The notes beneath the pieces are model-generated. The model was given only the letters and a program-made list of their open reading frames with translations, was not told where the DNA came from and did not search any database. Source: Octopus bimaculoides (taxonomy: Eukaryota). From it: 64,000 nt of DNA. The stretch is from positions 163,355,699 through 163,419,698 of the forward strand of contig NC_068982.1 in NCBI RefSeq assembly GCF_001194135.2, written 5' to 3'. The position numbers and the translations under genes were made by a program. Position 1 is the stretch's first letter. Each line of letters starts with the position of its first letter. Of this stretch, positions 63,251 to 64,000 are shown piece after piece.

Positions 63251-64000
63251 TAATTTTTCTTTAAAGAAACACTCAATGACTCTTCCTCCCTTGCCCATCC
63301 ATCACCTCCCTGCCTTAAGCATTGTTGGCTTCACTGAACATATGATGAAGTATGCAGTCAGCTCAAACATTACAGAGATGGCACTTTCACAATGAAGCAA
63401 CTTTCTTTCCATGTACCTTACCTTCTGCAATATGGATACTTCTATGTCCTCATTTGGCATCAATTTCTTTACCTCCCAAAGTCTCGATTGCTTACTTTTG
63501 CATGTATGCACTCAAAAGCAAAATAAAGTCCTTTTCTTGTGCAACACATTCATATACTTTACTTTATTTCTTAGGCTTTCACCGTTCATCAGCCAATAAG
63601 CCATACATCACTCCGTTACTACTGCCCCAGCATAAACCATTTATTTTCATGAAGCACAGCAACCTTATACATTTATGCCAAACTGCCCACATCACCAATC
63701 CTGTTTACTCATATCCTTATGTATGTACATATACATACAGTCCAAAAAGTCCTTTTTTCATTCTCAACATTGATATAAACTGATACAAAATATGCTTGCA
63801 GAAAACCATAATACTTTTGAACATGGCCTTTTGATTGGGGAAGCTAATGTATATGTGTGTTTTTCACAGTTATCAACAAATATTATGGGATGGGTAAGAA
63901 CTATTTCAGCTTCTACATTTGTAGCCATGGAATTGAGTTGCCAACATTGCTGTATGAGATATCAAAAGATTGAGCAATCTTTTGGCTACTGACTTAAAAG

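Overview
AT-rich eukaryotic (metazoan) genomic DNA with several N gaps, dense microsatellites and layered transposon remains. The repeat types (tRNA-like SINEs, RTE LINEs with (GAT)n tails, R4/Dong-like and Penelope fragments) suggest a coleoid cephalopod, probably an octopus. This is an inference from remembered repeat families, not from a search. No host gene could be confidently identified, and most ORFs in the supplied track are microsatellite or gap read-through. Best-supported features: (1) a full-length mariner (DD34D) with TIRs and TA flanks whose ORF has no frameshift but two TGA stops and a catalytic D-to-N change; (2) RTE LINE pieces, including a stop-free internal RT fragment between microsatellites; (3) a fossil piggyBac transposase absent from the ORF track, plus three TTAA/CCC..GGG MITE-like elements; (4) a Penelope GIY-YIG 3' end; (5) two R4/Dong-like endonuclease 3' ends; (6) many SINEs, some stacked or nested; (7) five fold-back hairpins, the largest about 680 bp. 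The most interesting hidden signal is three structurally different type I hammerhead ribozyme motifs (29.0 kb, 33.9 kb, 42.4 kb), pointing to Penelope/retrozyme-type self-cleaving RNA elements. Some plus-strand exon-like segments are flagged as speculative. All alignments and folds were done by eye.
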